The notes under the pieces were generated by a model. It had not been told where the DNA came from, made no database searches, and saw only the letters and a program-made list of their open reading frames with translations. From positions 1 through 64,000 of the forward strand of contig NW_021833036.1 in the NCBI RefSeq assembly GCF_006345805.1: DNA of 64,000 nucleotides. Reading direction: 5' to 3'. A program made the translations under genes and the position numbers. Source of the stretch: Octopus sinensis. Taxonomy: Eukaryota. Of this stretch, positions 12,406 to 24,305 are shown piece after piece. Position 1 is the first letter of the stretch. Each line of letters opens with the position of its first letter.

Positions 12406-13110
12406 CCCTTTTGATACCAACCCAGCTGAAACCACCTCTGGCTCTGTAGTACAAATGTCTTGTTTTCAAATGTTCAGAATTAAAATCTTCCACCAAATCT
12501 TAGTCACAATTTATGTTTCTAACACTAGCTTAATGATAACTAAGTTATTTTACTAAATTCTTTGTGATATTTAAAGTATTTGAAAGAAACACAGAGCACC
12601 TCAACAGAAATATGGTAACAAAAGGGTTAAAATATATAATAGAGAAACAATTCTTAACCCTTTTGATACCAACCCGGCCAGTACAAATGTCTTGTTTCCA
12701 TAAGTTCTGAATTAAAATCTTCCACCAAACCTTAATCACAATTTATGTTCCTAACACTAGCTTAATGATAACTAAGTTATTTTACTAAATTCTTTGTGAT
12801 ATTTAAAGTATTTGAAAGAAACACAGAGCATCTCAACAGAAATATGGTAATAAAAGGGTTAAAATATATAATAGAGAAAAAATTCTTAACCCTTTTGATA
12901 CCAACCCGGCTGAAACCAGCTCTGGCTCTGAGTACAAATGTCTTGTTTCCATAAGTTCTGAATTAAAATCTTCCACCAAACCTTAGTCACAATTTATGTT
13001 CCTAACACTAGCTGAATGATAACTAAGTTATTTTACTAAATTCTTTGTTATATTTAAAATTAATTGAAAGAAACACAGAACACCTCAACAGAAATACAGT
13101 AACAAAAGGT
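12406..13110. mobile_element. Trimer of family-A piggyBac-type MITE, inverted relative to 1889-2362
   Basis: TTAA-CCCTT...AAGGG-TTAA units separated by a 23-bp spacer. Confidence 0.85.
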
Positions 13111-13308
13111 TTAACTACCCCAGACCTTCTCCTTTGAAAGCTGTTCCATAAGATTGCCGTAACCCCTCTGTTTTTTTATGCTTTTATTACTTTCAGTGGT
13201 TTGAACTGTGGCCATGCTGGGGCATTGCTTCAAAAGGTTTGGTCAATTATATGGACTCCAGTAAGGTTGTGTGATCTACTTCATAAAATGTAGATGCATA
13301 AGGAACAT

Positions 13309-13708
13309 AGGCGCAGGAGTGGCTGTGTGGTAAGTAGCTTGCTTACCAACCACATGGTTCGGGGTTCAGTCCCACTGCGTGGCACCTTGGGCAAGTGTCT
13401 TCTACTATAGCCTCGGGCCGACCAAAGCCTTGTGAGTGGATTTGGTAGACGGAAACTGAAAGAAGCCTGTCGTATATATGTATATATATATATGCATGTG
13501 TGTGTTTGTGTGTCTGTGTTTGTCCCCCTAGCATTGCTTGACAACCGATGCTGGTGTGTTTACGTCCCCGTCACCTAGCGGTTCAGCAAAAGAGACCAAT
13601 AGAATAAGTACTGGGCTTACAAAGAATAAGTCCTGAGGTCAAGTTGCTCGACTAAAGGCGGTGCTCCAGCATGGCCGCAGTTAAGTGACTGAAACAAGTA
13701 AAAAGAGT
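13309..13708 (+). mobile_element. SINE family A
   Basis: Full head-to-tail match to 1180-1580. Confidence 0.9.
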
Positions 13709-14244
13709 ATATCCCCTTCAAAAAACAACTGACATGTTAAAAATAGCCCTAAATGAAAACGTTGCTGGTAAAATTGGATCTTTTCGCTTTGACCGGCAGA
13801 TATTTAAAATAATTTCTCTGTAACTAAACACTTTTAAACTTTGTATACATAAACATCTTTTTCTCTTGGCTTTCTTGAGAAAATTCTGTAGTTTGTAAGA
13901 CATTTGTCCTTTAATTTCTTGCATTTCGGCAATTTCAACCAATCAATGACGTCTATTGAGGTGAATACAATCTCTCCAGATCTTTGTCAACAACAATTAT
14001 TTATCGAAGAGGCCAGGGAACAGAAGAAAGAAGACATGCACCCAACACCAGAGCTGAAGACACCTCCGAAAGGGGGGGGGCACGTCTAAATGGTAGAGGA
14101 ATAGGGGCCAAAACCGGACGTGGTTCCTCCTGATGATGTCTTGAGCTAAGTGGATCCTATAAAGGAGCTGTTGTGGTAGCAGACCACGAAACACAGTTGA
14201 AATTCCTCCTTAATTATTTTCAAAATTAATTGAAAAAGCAACAT

Positions 14245-14672
14245 AGGCGCAGGAGTGGCTGTGTGGTAAGTAGCTTGCTAACCAACCACATGGTTCCGGG
14301 TTCAGTCCCACTGCGTGGCATCTTGGGCAAGTGTCTTCTGCTATAGCCCCGGGCCAACCAATGCCTTGTGAGTGGATTTGGTAGACAGAAACTGAAAGAA
14401 GCCTGTTGTATATATGTATATATATATATATATATATAAGTGTGTTTGTGTATATGTTTGTGTGTCTGTGTTTGTCCCCCTAGCATTGCTTGACAACTGA
14501 TGCTGGTGTGTTTACGTCCCCGTCACTTAGCGGTTCGGCAAAAGAGACCGATAGAATAAGTACTGGGCTTACAAAGAATAAGTCCCGGGGTCGATTTGCT
14601 CGACTAAAGGCGGTGCTCCAGCATGGCCGCAGTCAAATGACTGAAACAAGTAAAAGAGTAAAGAGTAAGAGT
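14245..14672 (+). mobile_element. SINE family A
   Basis: Full head-to-tail match to 1180-1580. Confidence 0.9.
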
Positions 14673-14767
14673 ATATGACAAAGGAATGCCTTTATGGAGA
14701 TCTGCCAAAAGTTAATAAGATTTGGTAAAGACGGCTGTGACTGTCTGGTCGCTACATGCACCACTGA

Positions 14768-14990
14768 TGGAGGTATGTTCTTTATCAAAACATACCCTAT
14801 GAGAGGGGCTAGTTAGTGTAACTTCCAACTGCATATTCCTACAGATCAGGTGTACCCAGATGGGGGTATGTTCTTTATCAAAACATACCCTAGGAGAGGG
14901 GCTAGTTAGTGTAACTTCCAACAGATCAGGTGTACCCAGATGGGGGTATGTTCTTTATAAAAGCATACCCTATGAGAGGGGCTAGTTAGG
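14768..14990 (+). repeat. About 2.5 tandem copies of the SNAPC1 junction-derived unit
   Basis: Periods of 93 and 80 bp; each full copy contains acag-ATCAGGTGTACCCAGATGGGG-gtatgt. Confidence 0.9.
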
Positions 14991-15039
14991 GGCTTCCAAA
15001 TTAATCTTGTGGAATCCACTTCATGGTAACATAACAAGA

Positions 15040-15345
15040 AAGGAAAATGTAGTCACACTTACATTGACATCTTGATAATCGCTGCTACACAAAAATGCTA
15101 TGAAGAGCCCTGAATGTGAAATGGCAGCAACATATGACAAACGAACGCCTTTATGGAGACCTGCTGAAAGTTAACGAGATAATCAGGCAAAGATGGCTGT
15201 GGCTATCTGGTCGCTACATGTGCCACCCTAAACTGGAAGCATCCAAATTAGATTTGTGGAACCGTTTCCATGGTGATGTAAGAAGAGGTAAACATCATCA
15301 CACTTACAATGACGACTTCATTGCAGACCCTGGCCTGGAATGATG
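15040..15345 (+). mobile_element. Degenerate RTE-like LINE C-terminal fragment
   Basis: WQQHMTNERLYGDLLKVNEIIRQRWLWLSG motif, similar to the 28510-29079 family. Confidence 0.6.
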
Positions 15346-15404
15346 TTAGTCCAAGAAAATAGGGCAGATGGACCTTGTCGCTGCAGCACAAGCTGAAACC
15401 CAGC

Positions 15405-16370
15405 CATAATAATAATAATAATAATCTTTTCTACTCTAGGCACAAGGCCCGAAATTGATTTTGGGGGAGCGGGGGCAGTCGATTAGATCGACCCCAGTGC
15501 GCAACTGGTACTTAATTTATCGAACCTGAAAGGAGGAAAGGCAAAGTCAACCTCGGCAGATAATAATGATAATAATAATAATAATCTTTTCTACTCTAGG
15601 CACAAGCCCGAAATTGATTTTGGGGGAGCGGGGGCAGTCGATTAGATCGACCCCAGTGCGCAACTGGTACTTAATTTATCGAACCTGAAGGAGGAAAGGC
15701 AAAGTCAACCTCGGCAGATAATAATGATAATAATAATAATAATCTTTTCTACTCTAGGCACAAGGCCCGAAATTGATTTTGGGGGAGCGGGGGCAGTCGA
15801 TAGATCGACCCCAGTGCGCAACTGGTACTTAATTTATCGAACCTGAAAGGAGGAAAGGCAAAGTCAACCTCGGCAGATAATATGATAATAATAATAATAA
15901 TCTTTTCTACTCTAGGCACAAGGCCCGAAATTGATTTTGGGGGAGCGGGGGCAGTCGATTAGATCGACCCCAGTGCGCAACTGGTACTTAATTTATCGAA
16001 CCTGAAAGGAGGAAAGGCAAAGTCAACCTCGGCAGATAATAATGATAATAATAATAATAATCTTTTCTACTCTAGGCACAAGGCCCGAAATTGATTTTGG
16101 GGGAGCGGGGGCAGTCGATTAGATCGACCCCAGTGCGCAACTGGTACTTAATTTATCGAACCTGAAAGGAGGAAAGGCAAAGTCAACCTCGGCAGATAAT
16201 AATGATAATAATAATAATAATCTTTTCTACTCTAGGCACAAGGCCCGAAATTGATTTTGGGGGAGCGGGGGCAGTCGATTAGATCGACCCCAGTGCGCAA
16301 CTGGTACTTAATTTATTGAACCTGAAAGGCGGAAAGGCAAAGTCAACCTCGGCAGATAATAATAATAATA
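15405..16370 (-). repeat. Hexamer tandem array (~159-bp unit) of a 5'-truncated Meta-core SINE with (ATT)n tail
   Basis: Six near-identical units separated by (AAT)n. Confidence 0.9.
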
Positions 16371-16523
16371 AAGGTTAATCCTTTGGATAGTAGCCTACCT
16401 GTGATTGGTTCTGGTTCTATGATACAAAGTTCTTGTTTTAAAGTGATTTCATTAAAATTTTGTATCAAAATTTCTCGTTATTAAGTTCCAACTTAATAAT
16501 GAGAAAGTTATTTTATTAATTCG

Positions 16524-16980
16524 TAGAGTCATTTTCTTTTTGTGCCTTATTATTTAACACACTCACCGGTAAAATTTCCACTTTTTTCTTATTTTTATTT
16601 CCCTAAAATTTTCGTTGTGTCTGGCAACCTTGAATCTCCTTTTGGAAATTGTGTGCTGTCCTTTTTATAGGTTGGAGTAGGTTGCACCACATTCCATGTG
16701 TGTATTGAGGAGTTCTTCCACTCTTTCATGTTCTTGTGGTGTAACTTCTCTCATGCTACCAATGTCTTGTTGCATGGTCTGGACATATTGAAAAGGTTGC
16801 AAGACGCAACGAAAATTTTAGGAAAATAAAAATAAGAAATAAGTGGAAATTTTACCGGTGAGTGTTTTACATTATAAGGCACAAACAGAAAATGACTCTC
16901 CCCAGACACAACAGAATATGCTTCAACACATGAACTCACATAAAGAATCTTGCAAACCAAGTGTAAAAACGAAATATATA

Positions 16981-17021
<41 letters not shown>

Positions 17022-17424
17022 AATAGTAAAAAGTGAAAAAACTACAGAAGGCTTAAAGGTTAAAAAATATATATTTGAGTCAATATATCTGAAGAATATT
17101 AAAAAATTTTTTCTTACAATGACATAGTTTAGAAGAAAGACCGGTTTCGCGTTTAGCTTTTCAAATTTCTAACGTCGTTATGTTTATGTTATGTTATGTT
17201 ATAACTCTGTTCAACATAAACATAACGTCGCAAGAAGTTTGAAAAGCTAAACGCGAAACCGGTCTTTCTTCTAAACTATGTCATTGTAAGAAAAAAATTT
17301 TTAATATTCTTCAGACATATTGACTCAAATATATATTTCTTAACCTTTAAGCCTTCTGTAGTTTTTTCACTTTTTACTATTTTCTATATATTCAACCATA
17401 TGCTTTCACAAACCAACTTTCTTA

Positions 17425-17467
<43 letters not shown>

Positions 17468-17740
17468 GTCTGGGGAGAGTCATTTTCTTTTTGTGCCTTA
17501 TAATTTAACACACACACACACCAGTAAAATTTCCACTTATTTCATATTTTTATTTTCTTAAAATTTTCATTGAATCTTGCAACCTTTTCAATAGTCTTGA
17601 CTGTGTTACATTATAAGGCACAAAAAGAAAATGACTCTCCCCAGACACACTAAAATATGCTTCAACACACGAACTCACATAAAGAATCTTGCAAACCAAA
17701 TCCAAAAACGAAATATTTTATTAATTCTTCTTTATTATTT
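16524..17740. mobile_element. Penelope-like nested inverted fragments
   Basis: Arms at 16524-16630 vs 16785-16900 and 17461-17600 vs 17608-17715, with a central ~190-bp-arm palindrome at 17015-17390. Family call is from recognition only. Confidence 0.5.
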
Positions 17741-17818
17741 CCAAATTTAACTGAAACAAAAAAAGTGAAGGATTCCAATGTCCACAACTGGAAGATTTTT
17801 TTTCTTCTTTTATTGCAG

Positions 17819-17937
17819 GAACTCTCAGCTTTACATAATCAGTATCAAAGAGTCAAAGGTCTGCTGTATGAACCATCTTCAATTGAATTCCAATCCATAA
17901 ACCTGCTTGAGATAAACCCAGCCACCAATATTATGAA
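17819..17937 (+). CDS. SNAPC1: SNAPC1 coding exon
   Basis: cttttattgcag|GAA...AA|gtgagt; 119 nt, phase 0/2. ELSALHNQYQRVK resembles recalled human EMLNVHDHYQNMK. Confidence 0.82.
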
Positions 17938-18274
17938 GTGAGTACCAATCCACCCACGCCTTTGCATGTGTGTGTGTTGGGGGGGCACCGACACCACCTT
18001 CCCCCTCTCTCTCTTTCCATTCTTTCTCTCCATCCGAGGGCAACAGTGTTTCTTCTCTGCTGCAAGACACCTTTTTTTTTTTTTATCCCTTAATACTATT
18101 CCCCACCTCGGTTGATGGGGTTTTGTCTCGCAAGTTACTTGGGTAACCTCACTACTGCTGGTGCCACATAAAAAGCACCCAGTACATTCTGTAAAGTGGT
18201 TGGTGCTAAGGAGAACATCCAACCATAAAAAAACCATGCCACAGCAGACAGGGAATTAAATTCACTGCCGCTTT

Positions 18275-19360
18275 CATCATCATCACCATCGTTTAACACC
18301 CGCTTTCCATGCTGGCATGGGCTGGACGGTTCGACCAGGATCTGGAAAGCCAGGAGGCTGCACCACGCTCCAGTCTTATCTGGCAGTGTTTCTACAGCTG
18401 GATGCCCTTCCTAATGCCAACCACTCTGTGAGTGTAGTGAGTGTTTTTTACGTACAACCAGCACAGGGGGCCAGAGAAAGCTGGCAAACAGCCACGATCG
18501 GTTGGTGCTTTTTACATGTCACTGACATGGACGCCAGTCAGGTGGCGCTGGCATCTGTCACATTCGGACGGTGCTTTTTACGTGTCACCAACAAAGTTCA
18601 ACCAGGATCTGGGAAACCAAGAGGCTGCACCAGGCTCCAGTCTGACCTGGCAGTGTTTCTACAGCTGGATGCCCTTCCTAACGCCAACCACTCCGTTCTT
18701 TTTACATTCCACCACCGGCACAGGGACCAGAGGAAGCTGGCAAGCAGCCACGTTCAGTTGGTGCTTTTACGTGTCACCGACACAGACGCCTGTCAGGCAG
18801 CACTGGCATCTGCCACATTCGGACAGTGCTTTTTACGTACAACCAGCACAGAGGCCAGAGAAAGCTGGCAAACAGCCACGATCAGTTGGTGCTTTTTGCA
18901 TGTCACTGACATGGATGCCAGTCAGGTGGTGCTGGCATCTGTCACGTTCGGACGGTGCTTTTTACGTGTCACCGGCACAGGGGCCAGAGAAAGCTGGCAA
19001 ACAGCCACGATCGGTTGGTGCTTTTACATGTCACTGACATGGACGCCAGTCAGGCGGTGCTGGCATCTGTCACGTTCGGACGGTGCTTTTTACGTGTCAC
19101 CAGCACAGGTATCTTAACTAAAATTTCCATTTGATTTTTATTTTGATGTGCCGCTTTCATCATCATCATCATCTTCATCGTTTAACATCCGCTTTCCATG
19201 CTGGCATGGGTTGGACAGTTCGACCGGGGATCTGGGAAGCCAGAAGGCTGCACCAGGCTCCGGTCTTATCTGGCAAAGTTTCTACAGCTGGATGCCCTTC
19301 CTAACGCCAACCACTCCGTGAGTGTAGTGGGTGCTTTTTACGTGCCACCTGCACTGGTGT
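18275..19360 (-). mobile_element. Cluster of RTE 3'-UTR (family C) copies with internal tandem modules
   Basis: (CAT)n tails at 18275 and 19160; repeated ggtgctttttacgtgtcacc modules. Confidence 0.8.
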
Positions 19361-19526
19361 GTAATAAAATGGATAGCATTTGTGTGTAATAAAATGGATA
19401 GCAACATTGAAGAACATCTCCATGTAACACTGCCTCTAAAAAACCCTATACAACTCATGCCAGGTTGGAAGGTGAGTGTTCAAAATAATGACAAGTAACA
19501 TGTCTGTCTGTGTGTATTTTCTTTAA

Positions 19527-19746
19527 CCCTTTGGTGTTCAGATTACTCTGTTAAATGTAATACTTTTTCACTCAAATTGTTTTGAATTAATCAAGCATTA
19601 TCTTATAACATTGAGGTTTCAATGATGTGATTGTTTATTTTTAGAATGACATTGTAGGGTAGGTGTGAGAGGCTAGATATTGCCAGTTCGAATATAAAAC
19701 ATGTGGAATATCTGGGCCTGATATGGCCGGTTTAAACACTAAAGGG
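19527..19746. mobile_element. piggyBac-type MITE family B
   Basis: TTAA-CCCTTT...AAAGGG-TTAA. Confidence 0.85.
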
Positions 19747-21029
19747 TTAAGCTGATGTCAATGATGATGAAGAATGGATTGTGTGTGTGTGTATTTGCGT
19801 TTCTTTCCTATTTCATACTGCAATCTGTGACTTATAAGTCTTGCCAACAACTTTCCAAGTATAGATTATATGATCAACCTCGTCCCATGTCTTCCTGGGT
19901 ATCGGTAGATCCAGGAAAACATGGGTCATGATGGTCATGCATGACTTTCGTACATTGAGCCTCACAGAGGCTATGACGAAAGGCCGAGACCTCTGAGATA
20001 TGCTGTGACTGTGAAGACCCAACAAATGAAGTGAGTTCATGGCTCGCAGGACGGCCTGCTGTGCTTACCTTGGATTGTAGGGTGACCCGCTGTTCTTGAG
20101 GAGACCTATTGAGTCAAGTACGTCGACACCAACATCATCATCATCATCATTTAGCGTCTGTTTTCCATGCTAGCATGGTTGGATGGTTTAACTGGGGTCT
20201 GTGAAGCCGGAAGGCTTCATCAGGCCCAGTCAGATTTGGCAGTGTTTCTACGGCTGGATGCCCTTCCTAACACCAACCACTCTGTGAGTGTAGTGGGTGC
20301 TTTTTACGTGCCACCTGCACAGGTGCCAGACAGAGCTGGTAAACGGCCACGAACAGTTGGTGCTTTTACGTGCCACCGGCACGGGGGCCAGGCAAGGCTG
20401 GCAATGGACACGAACGGATGGTGCTTTTACGTGCTACCGGCATGGGGGCCAGGCGAGGTTGGCAACGGACACGAACGGATGGTGCTTTTACGTGCTACCA
20501 GCACGGGGGCCAGGCGAGGCTGGCAATCAAAATAAAAATCAAATGGAAATTGTAGTTAAGATACCCGTGCCAGTGACATGTGAAAAGCACCATCCGAACG
20601 TGGCAGATACCAGCGCCGCTTTGACTGGCTTCCGTGCTGGTGGCAAGTAAAAAGCACCAACCGATTGTGGCCATTGCCAGCCTCGCCTGGCACCTGTGCC
20701 GGTGGCACTTAAAAAGCACCCACTACACTCACGGAGTGGTTGGCGTTAGGAAGGGCATCCAGCTGTAGAAACACTGCCAGATCAGACTGGAGCCTGGTGC
20801 AGCCTCCTGGCTTCCCAGACTCCGGTCGAACCGTCCAACCCATGCCAGCAAGGAAAGCGGATGTTAAACGATGATGATGATGATGACTGGTAGAGAGCTT
20901 AGTGGTCACAGATTGCAATATGGAATATGAAAGAAATGCAAACACATGCAATTCAATTCCAGCAGCTGCAAGTCAGGACAGAACAAACATCTCAAGGGCC
21001 CCTGTTCAAAGATCACTGGTTTTACTCTT

Positions 21030-21425
21030 TTACTTGTTTCAGTCATTTGACTGGGGCCATGCTGGAGCACCGCCTTTAATCGAGCAACTCAACCCCGGGA
21101 CTTATTCTTTTGTAAGCCCAGTACTTATTCTATCGGTCTCTTTTACCGAACTGCTAAGTAATGGGGACATAAACACACCAGCATCGGTTGTCAAGCAATG
21201 CTAGGGGGACAAACACAGACACACAAACACACACACGCATATATATATATATATATATGCATATATACGACAGGCTTCTTTCAGTTTCCGTCTACCAAAT
21301 CCACTCACAAGGCTTTGGTCGGCCCGGGGCTATAGTAGAAGACACTTGCCCAAGGTGCCACGCAGTGGGACTGAACCCGGAACCATGTGGTTGGTTAGAC
21401 AAGCTACTTACCACACAGCCACTCC
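21030..21425 (-). mobile_element. SINE family A
   Basis: Reverse-complement full copy. Confidence 0.85.
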
Positions 21426-21619
21426 TGCCTTCTTTTGTTTTCTTGAGGATATTTGTATTTTCCACCAATATTCATTGGTAAAATGTGCATATGCATGCAG
21501 GCAGCCGTGGTAAGTAGCTTGCTTACGAACCACATGGTTCCAGGTTCAGTCTCAGTGCATGGCACCATGGCACCTTGAGCAAGTGTTTTCTACTATAGCT
21601 ACGAGCTGACCAAACCTTT

Positions 21620-22122
21620 ATGAGTGGATTTTGTTGTTTGTTCCTTCTCGAGCCATGCCTGGCTCATAAGGGCCGGTTTCCCTGTTTCCTTGGCGTATAT
21701 GTTCCCCACCTGGACGGGACGCCGGTCCGTGACGGGTGAGCTGCAAGATACAGAAGGAAAGAGTGAGAGAAAGTTGTGGCGAAAGAGTCAGCAGAAGTTC
21801 GCCATTACCTTCTGCCGGAGCCGCGTGGAGCTTAGATGTTTCGCTCATAAACACACACATCACGTAAAAAGCACCCACTACACTCATGGAGTGGTTGGCG
21901 TTAGGAAGGGCATCCAGCCGTAGAAACACTGCCAAATCTGACTGGGCCTGATGAAGCCTTCCGGCTTCACAGACCCCAGTTAAACCGTCCAACCCATGCT
22001 AGCATGGAAAGCAGACGCTAAATGATGATGATGATGATGATGATCACCCGGGTCTGAGATTCGAACCTGCGATCCGTCAACTGCGAGTCCGCTGCTCTAA
22101 CCACTAGGCCATGTGCCTCCAC
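21620..22122 (-). mobile_element. SINE family D head with an alternative tail; family-C element nested at about 21862-22045
   Basis: Head gtggaggcacatggcctagtggttagagcagcggactcgc at about 22122-22080. Confidence 0.7.
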
Positions 22123-22464
22123 AGTGGATTTGGTTGACGGAAACTAAAAGAAACCCATCATGTATGTGTGTGTTTGTCTCCCCTTCCGCCACTAGATGGC
22201 AACCCTATGATCAAAGGAATTTTAAACATTATCCTCCCATCTTTGCTTCACATATAAAACATATCCAGTTCTATGTTATTCTAGACATATAAAACCTTCT
22301 CAGTAGAAAGCAGTTTTACTGTTATATCTAGCAGATCCTACAACCCTGTAGCATTTCCTCTATTGGCTCCTAAATTTCTAGTGCAAGAGGGCCATTAATG
22401 CTAAAATGCAGAGTTAGTTTAATTTTTCTTCTTTGCTTAATTTCCTTTCCATTTTGTCTTCTAG

Positions 22465-22507
22465 AATCTTAGAAAAATTCCACACAGAGAAAGAAAGTTC
22501 AACTAAG
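22465..22507 (+). CDS. SNAPC1: SNAPC1 short coding exon
   Basis: ttttgtcttctag|A...AAG|gtgagt; 43 nt, phase 2/0, compatible with the previous exon; (K)ILEKFHTEKESSTK. Confidence 0.65.
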
Positions 22508-22657
22508 GTGAGTATTCACTTATTTTAGACCTTCTTTAGGAATATTTCTGGGTCCCCTTGCGTGTCCCAGTTTTGCTTTTTCACACATGAACTTGTGTAG
22601 GCTGGACCCTGTAAAATGTTAGAGAAAGAAACCCAGCTGTTTCTTGTAATACATACC

Positions 22658-22890
22658 TATTTCTTTACTACCCACAAGGGGCTAAACACAGAGGGGACAA
22701 ACAAGGACATACACATGGATTAAATCGATTACATCGACCCCAGTGCATAACTGGTACTTATTTAATCGACCCCGAAAGGATGAAAGGCAAAGTCGGCCTC
22801 GGCGGAATTTGAACTCAGAACATAACAGCAGACGAAATACGGCTACGCATTTCGCCCGGCGTGCTAACGTTTCTGCCAGCTCGCCGCCTT
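22658..22890 (-). mobile_element. SINE family B monomer
   Basis: Complete head, core and tail ending aagaaata. Confidence 0.85.
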
Positions 22891-23115
22891 TAGGGCCCTT
22901 AAAATACTATTGAGGATCCCCCAATTTACTATTTTATTGCATGGACCCTGAGGTGCTGTATGTACCTCAGTTGAGGACCATTGATGTAGATGCACCCTTA
23001 ATGGCCCCTGTACTTATAAAGTTTCGTTTTAGACAGTGATGGAGAATACTATATTAACCCCTTACCTGACTTGCACACATAGGGAGACAATGTGTGCATA
23101 CATGAATTCTAATGT

Positions 23116-24305
23116 GGGATCTTTTCCTTTTGAACGGCAGATGTCAACACAATTTCTAGTTAACTAAACACTTTTAAACTTCGTATACTGGTAGAATCTC
23201 TCTATAGATAAACGGCAGTTTGTGTGTCTGTGTGTCTGTCAGGTTGTACCCTCACCCTGACCACTGCTTTCAACCGATTCTGATGAAACTTGACACACAC
23301 ATAGCCCAATGTCATAATTCAAAACTAACGCAGCGAAAATTTTGAAAAGTTCCTCCAGTTCTGAAAAAAAATCGATAGATTCGACATGGGGTCGAGAATC
23401 TAAGCTTTTTATATGCAACACATTTTCTGTCGGGAGACAGCTAGGAACATCATATACATAGAAGTATTCAAGTGAAGAGAAGACATTGCAACCTACACAT
23501 GCGCCTTCGTTCCCTAGAGGGAAAGGACTAGATTGGGATTAGTCTTTGCCTACTAGGGGCTCTTACATACCTGGGCAATGCTGGGCTATGCTGCTAGTGT
23601 GTTTATAAAACATCATTTTTTCTTGGTTTTATTGAGAAAATTCTATAGTTTGTAACATATTTCCACTTTAAAATCGAGCATTTCGGCAATTTTAACCAAT
23701 CAAATACATCCATTTGGAGTCAAACCATACCGTGCTGTACGAATATGTCCCTTGTTTAAGAAACAGATTGGGTTTATTTACATTTGCGAAGAAAAAAAAG
23801 ATACCCTTCCCCCACCCCTAAACCTAACCTTAACTCTAACCCTAAATGCAATAGATCGATACTAGGGTTATAATTATGGGTGGCAATTTCATACGACACC
23901 GCTATGGAAAATGGGATTTTTTTCTGGCGGTGTCAAATGAAAGTGTCACCCATAATTATAACCCTAGTATCGATCTGTTGCATTTCAATCTATTTTAGGG
24001 TTAGGGGTAGGGTAAGGGATCTTTTTTTCTTCGCAAATGTAAGTAAACCCAATCTGTTTCTTAAACGAGGGACATAGTCATACAGCACGGAATCTTTTCA
24101 CCCCAAATGGAGGTGAGCGATTGGTTAAAATTGCAGAAATGCTCGATTTTATAGTGGAAATATCTTACAAACTATAGAATTTTCTCAATAAAACCAAGAA
24201 AAAATGATGTTTTATTTTGACACATTCTACCAGTATACGAAGTTTAAAAGTGTTTAGTTAACTAGAAATCGTGTTGACATCTGGCCTTCAAACGGAAAAG
24301 ATCCC
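23116..24305. mobile_element. Fully palindromic fold-back element (about 789 bp net) with 6-bp TSD TAATGT
   Basis: GGGATC...GATCCC ends; arms complementary to the centre near 23910; TAATGT on both sides. Partial copies at about 13745-13960 and 36345-36540. Confidence 0.8.
23197..23597 (+). mobile_element. Non-autonomous Helitron nested in the fold-back element
   Basis: A|TC...CTAG|T insertion with no TSD; sub-terminal hairpin cctgggcaatgctggg-like. Confidence 0.75.
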
